Positions 60,896-64,000 of a stretch of 64,000 bases of DNA are shown here, in pieces. The stretch is taken from assembly GCA_020137815.1 (NCBI GenBank), contig CM035354.1, forward strand, positions 4,278,001 to 4,342,000, in the 5' to 3' direction. Origin of the DNA: Hormiphora californensis. Taxonomy: Eukaryota > Animalia > Ctenophora. Position 1 is the first letter of the stretch, and every line of letters starts with the position of its first letter. Position numbers and translations under genes: made by a program. Below the pieces are notes generated by a model. The model was given only the letters and a program-made list of their open reading frames with translations, did no database searches and was not told where the DNA came from.

Positions 60896-63800
60896 TCAAA
60901 AAGAACTAAGTTTTCCGTTTCCGTTTTCCCGACTTTTTCCCTTTTGATTTCTTTTTTCTGATGCACGGAGGACAAAACCAGTCGACATCATCCTCAGGCG
61001 CCCCAACCAATCCGACACATGGCCTGAAATGTAGAAGTGTTATTTGATCTGAAAACAATTTAGTGAACACAAAGCTTTGCAAAAGATGTTGAGTCTGACG
61101 TCATTATAATAGTATGTGCTGTCATTTAGTTAAATGAATAGTACCAAGAGCAGAAGAGAGCGGGAAATTCAAACTTTAGTGCTACAATTGCAGACAAGAA
61201 GGATACTAAATCGCCCAACTAAATAGTCCAACAAGAGAATCAGGAGCTGCTAAATGAACAAGAAAGAGTAGTATTTCTATCTTACCAGTGGTACCACTCA
61301 TCACATGTATCACACCCCACCATGGGGGATCCATCATCAGGCAGTTGACAGGCCGGACAATACCATATCTTGATAACTTCACCCTGTAACGATTATCTTG
61401 TTATCTTGATGTAGTCTTGGTTAGTGGTTACCCTCTCTCACTCTTGGCTCTTGCCCCGTTCGGTGATATATTACTGTTCTCTCCCACAAAGCTCCCTCTC
61501 TAAACCCCGTTTGAAGAACAACATTACAATAACTCACGGCAGGTATAACTGTCTCCGATACGATAGTCTCTGATACAACAGTGCTCTCCAGAGAGGCCGG
61601 GATAACAGCGGGAGGGGGAGGGGTGTAAACAACAGGAGGGGGTGGAGATATCACTGGGGCAACTGGTTTCTTGGGCACCTGCAGGGGGATAGAGTTAGTA
61701 AAACTGAAGAAATTAGACAAGCCCCCCAGAAAAGCACTGTCTTGAAGATTTAGAGACCTTTGATCAAGAAAGAGGGAATCTGATTGTCTGCAATCTGCAG
61801 CTGCAGCTATTTAAGAAGGAGACTGTAGTACAGACAGCTGCAGACAACTGCTATTTAGAAATGTTATGCTATTTAGAAAATTTATGCTCATTATATTCAG
61901 CCAACAGAAGACAGTTACAAAGAATAGAGCGTGTACAATGTTACTCATGTAACGTGTGTTCTCCCGCCCATTTCCACCCCTCAATTTACCTTGTTCACCT
62001 TGGTCCGGGGCTCCTTAACTTCCTTGCTCACTTTCTTTGCCTTCTTCACCTTCTTAACAGGTTCTGGCTGCGGCTCTGGTATCCTAATCTTCAGTGGTTT
62101 AACAACCGGGTCAGGACTCGTCACAGTAGACGAGGAATAGGAAGGAGAGGGAGACTGGGCCGGGGATATGAGATCGTTGAGATGAGCACCGCCAATTTTT
62201 ATTTTTATCTTGGGTATCTTTAGAGAAACACCCTCTGATGCTGGGGGTGGTGTTGGGGGTGGCGGGTCCACTACCATTGGTTGAACCGGAGACTCTAATG
62301 TTGGTGTTGGGGGACCTTTTGGTAATGTTAACTTAGCCAATGGAACCTTGGGCGAGCCCCGTGTAGACGAAGAAGAGGATGAGTTTTTCCCTATTTTAAT
62401 TTTCGGTGGTTTAGATTTACCACTCTTGGTCACCGCCGGTGGTGTGTCGTGCTCATGTTTAGAGGAGGCCTGGGGTGAGGAAACAGGGTTGGGGTTTTTC
62501 AACTCTGCTTTCGTTTTAAATGTCCGTTTACCATCATCACTGTCTTTCAGTTTCACCGGTTTTTTCTTGGGTATCAAAGTTTCAAACACTGCTAAGGAAT
62601 CATCATCCGAATCTGAGGAAAGGGAATCCAGGTCGCTGTCAACTGTACTTTTTGATTTGAACTTCGAGCTGTTTGGGTTTTTAAAGGAGATCTTCAGCGA
62701 TGGTTGTGATGGTTGTTCTGGTTTCGGTGGTGCTGGAGCGGTCGGTTTTGTGGGTATCACTAATGTTGGTTTGGGGGGTGCTACCAGGGTTGGTTTTGGG
62801 GGCGCTGTAGATTTAGGTAGTTTAGGTGAAGCAACCTTACTGGGTGGTAGGGGTTGATCTATCACCATGGGGGCAACTACTGCCGGCGGAGGAGGCGTAG
62901 CATGACGGTGTTTCGATTTCTTCCCCTCCGATAACTTCAATTCCTTGGTCGACAAGGACAGTGTAATTGGAGCGAGTTTAGGTCGAGGTGGTTCAGCAGT
63001 CACATGATTCACCGTTGTTGTCGTTGATTTCACTTTGGGTGTTTTATCAAGTTTACTGCTATGGTTTGGAACCTTTATTGGCGACTCGTCAAATAATCCA
63101 ATTGGTTTCGGGGGTATTTTTGACACCGGTTTCACCGTCACTTTGATGGGTGGTCCTTAACCTTTTTCACCTTCTTGGGTTTCGAATTTTCATGGTGATT
63201 CTCCGAATGATTCGAGTTGGGAGGTTTAGGTTTCTTGATCTTGACAATGTGTTCACCCTTCTTTTTACTGCTGTTATGATGATGATGGTGGTTACTGGAC
63301 GACTTTTCCTTGGCCACCACATGGTTACTGTTGTTGTGATTGTTTGTACAACTTGCACTCTGGTTTAGAGGGCTTGGAAATCGGGCTGTTATGATCTGTT
63401 ATTAGATCAGGTCGATACTTCAGGAGAACTCCGTCCGTTGGTAGTTTTGGGGAGGCAACAGGAGAATCGAGTCTTCGTCTCTTGTTTACAGGAGACCTGC
63501 TTCCCGGTGATGCGACAGCAGCAGGTGTCGGTTTCTCAGCAGCAGCAGCGGCGGGGGAGTCAGTTGCCCTCTTCAGAAGCTTCTCCATATTCTCCTTAGC
63601 AGTTGAAAGCTCATCTGAACTTGATTCACTGAGGCCGAAATCGTTAGCAAAATCATCCGAATCACTGTCAACCATGGCAGGGGTTTTGTAGGTGTCCTTC
63701 TTTTCATCTGTAGATAGGGCAGTTGTGGGTGGTTTGACACCGGATACCTTGTTGGTGGATGGAGGTTTAGGTTTCCTTTTTTCAGGCACAAACCCACTCA

Positions 63801-64000
63801 ACTCTTCCTCTACAACGTGTTTTGTCTGTTGTTTCGACTTCTCAAACAGTTTCTTAGTGATACCATTCTTCTCCACATCACCCAGCTTGATCTTGATTTT
63901 CTCCATCGGAATGGGGGTAGAGGCAGACACTGGTGGAGGGGTGGAGATTTTGCTACTGGTAGTGGGACCGTTTTGGGACAATGCAGCTGGAGGTGGAGGT
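60896..64000 (-). CDS. TAF3: TAF3-like (TFIID subunit 3) 3' portion with C-terminal PHD finger; the gene starts beyond the right edge; two compensating indels at ~63345 and ~63149
   Basis: IWYCPACQLPDDGSPMVGCDTCDEWYHW-PCVGLVGAPEDDVDWFCPPC matches the TAF3 PHD finger; long Lys/Pro/Ser-rich linker; exons ..61990, 61678-61536, 61383-61286, 61023-60896. Confidence 0.88.

Overview
Gene-dense, intron-containing eukaryotic (animal) DNA with short GT-AG introns and (CT/GA)n microsatellites. It is probably a ctenophore (Pleurobrachia/Hormiphora-like). That is an unverified inference from the compact architecture, nested intronic genes, a divergent BTB family and a small TA-flanked MITE I recall from Pleurobrachia gene models. 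Genes reconstructed by hand, left to right: DHX34 (-, runs off the left edge), an intronless SLC9B/NHA antiporter with one frameshift (-), FAM210/DUF1279-like (-), SPT4 (-), a ~19 kb, ~30-exon unnamed coiled-coil gene (+), SMYD4-like (-), Protein Red/IK (+), REV3L (+), NUFIP1-like (+), mago nashi (+) with a nested gene in each of two introns, SEL1L3-like (-), TRIT1 (-) and TAF3 (-, runs off the right edge). Most notable observations: (1) an 81-bp tandem array in DHX34 in which each unit is a complete 3' splice site plus the Walker A codons; (2) mago nashi hosts an antisense MATH-BTB gene and a same-strand membrane-protein gene whose splice phases would allow chimeric transcripts; (3) the coiled-coil gene has about nine intronic RFX X-box-like sites, a candidate internal first exon and six consecutive 126-nt phase-0 exons; (4) nested mobile elements, including an ORF1-only LINE, inside a foldback element whose poly-C terminus now serves as a splice-acceptor pyrimidine tract; (5) operon-like co-directional gene runs with AG acceptors just upstream of the ATGs. 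No database searches were run and family calls come from motif recognition.
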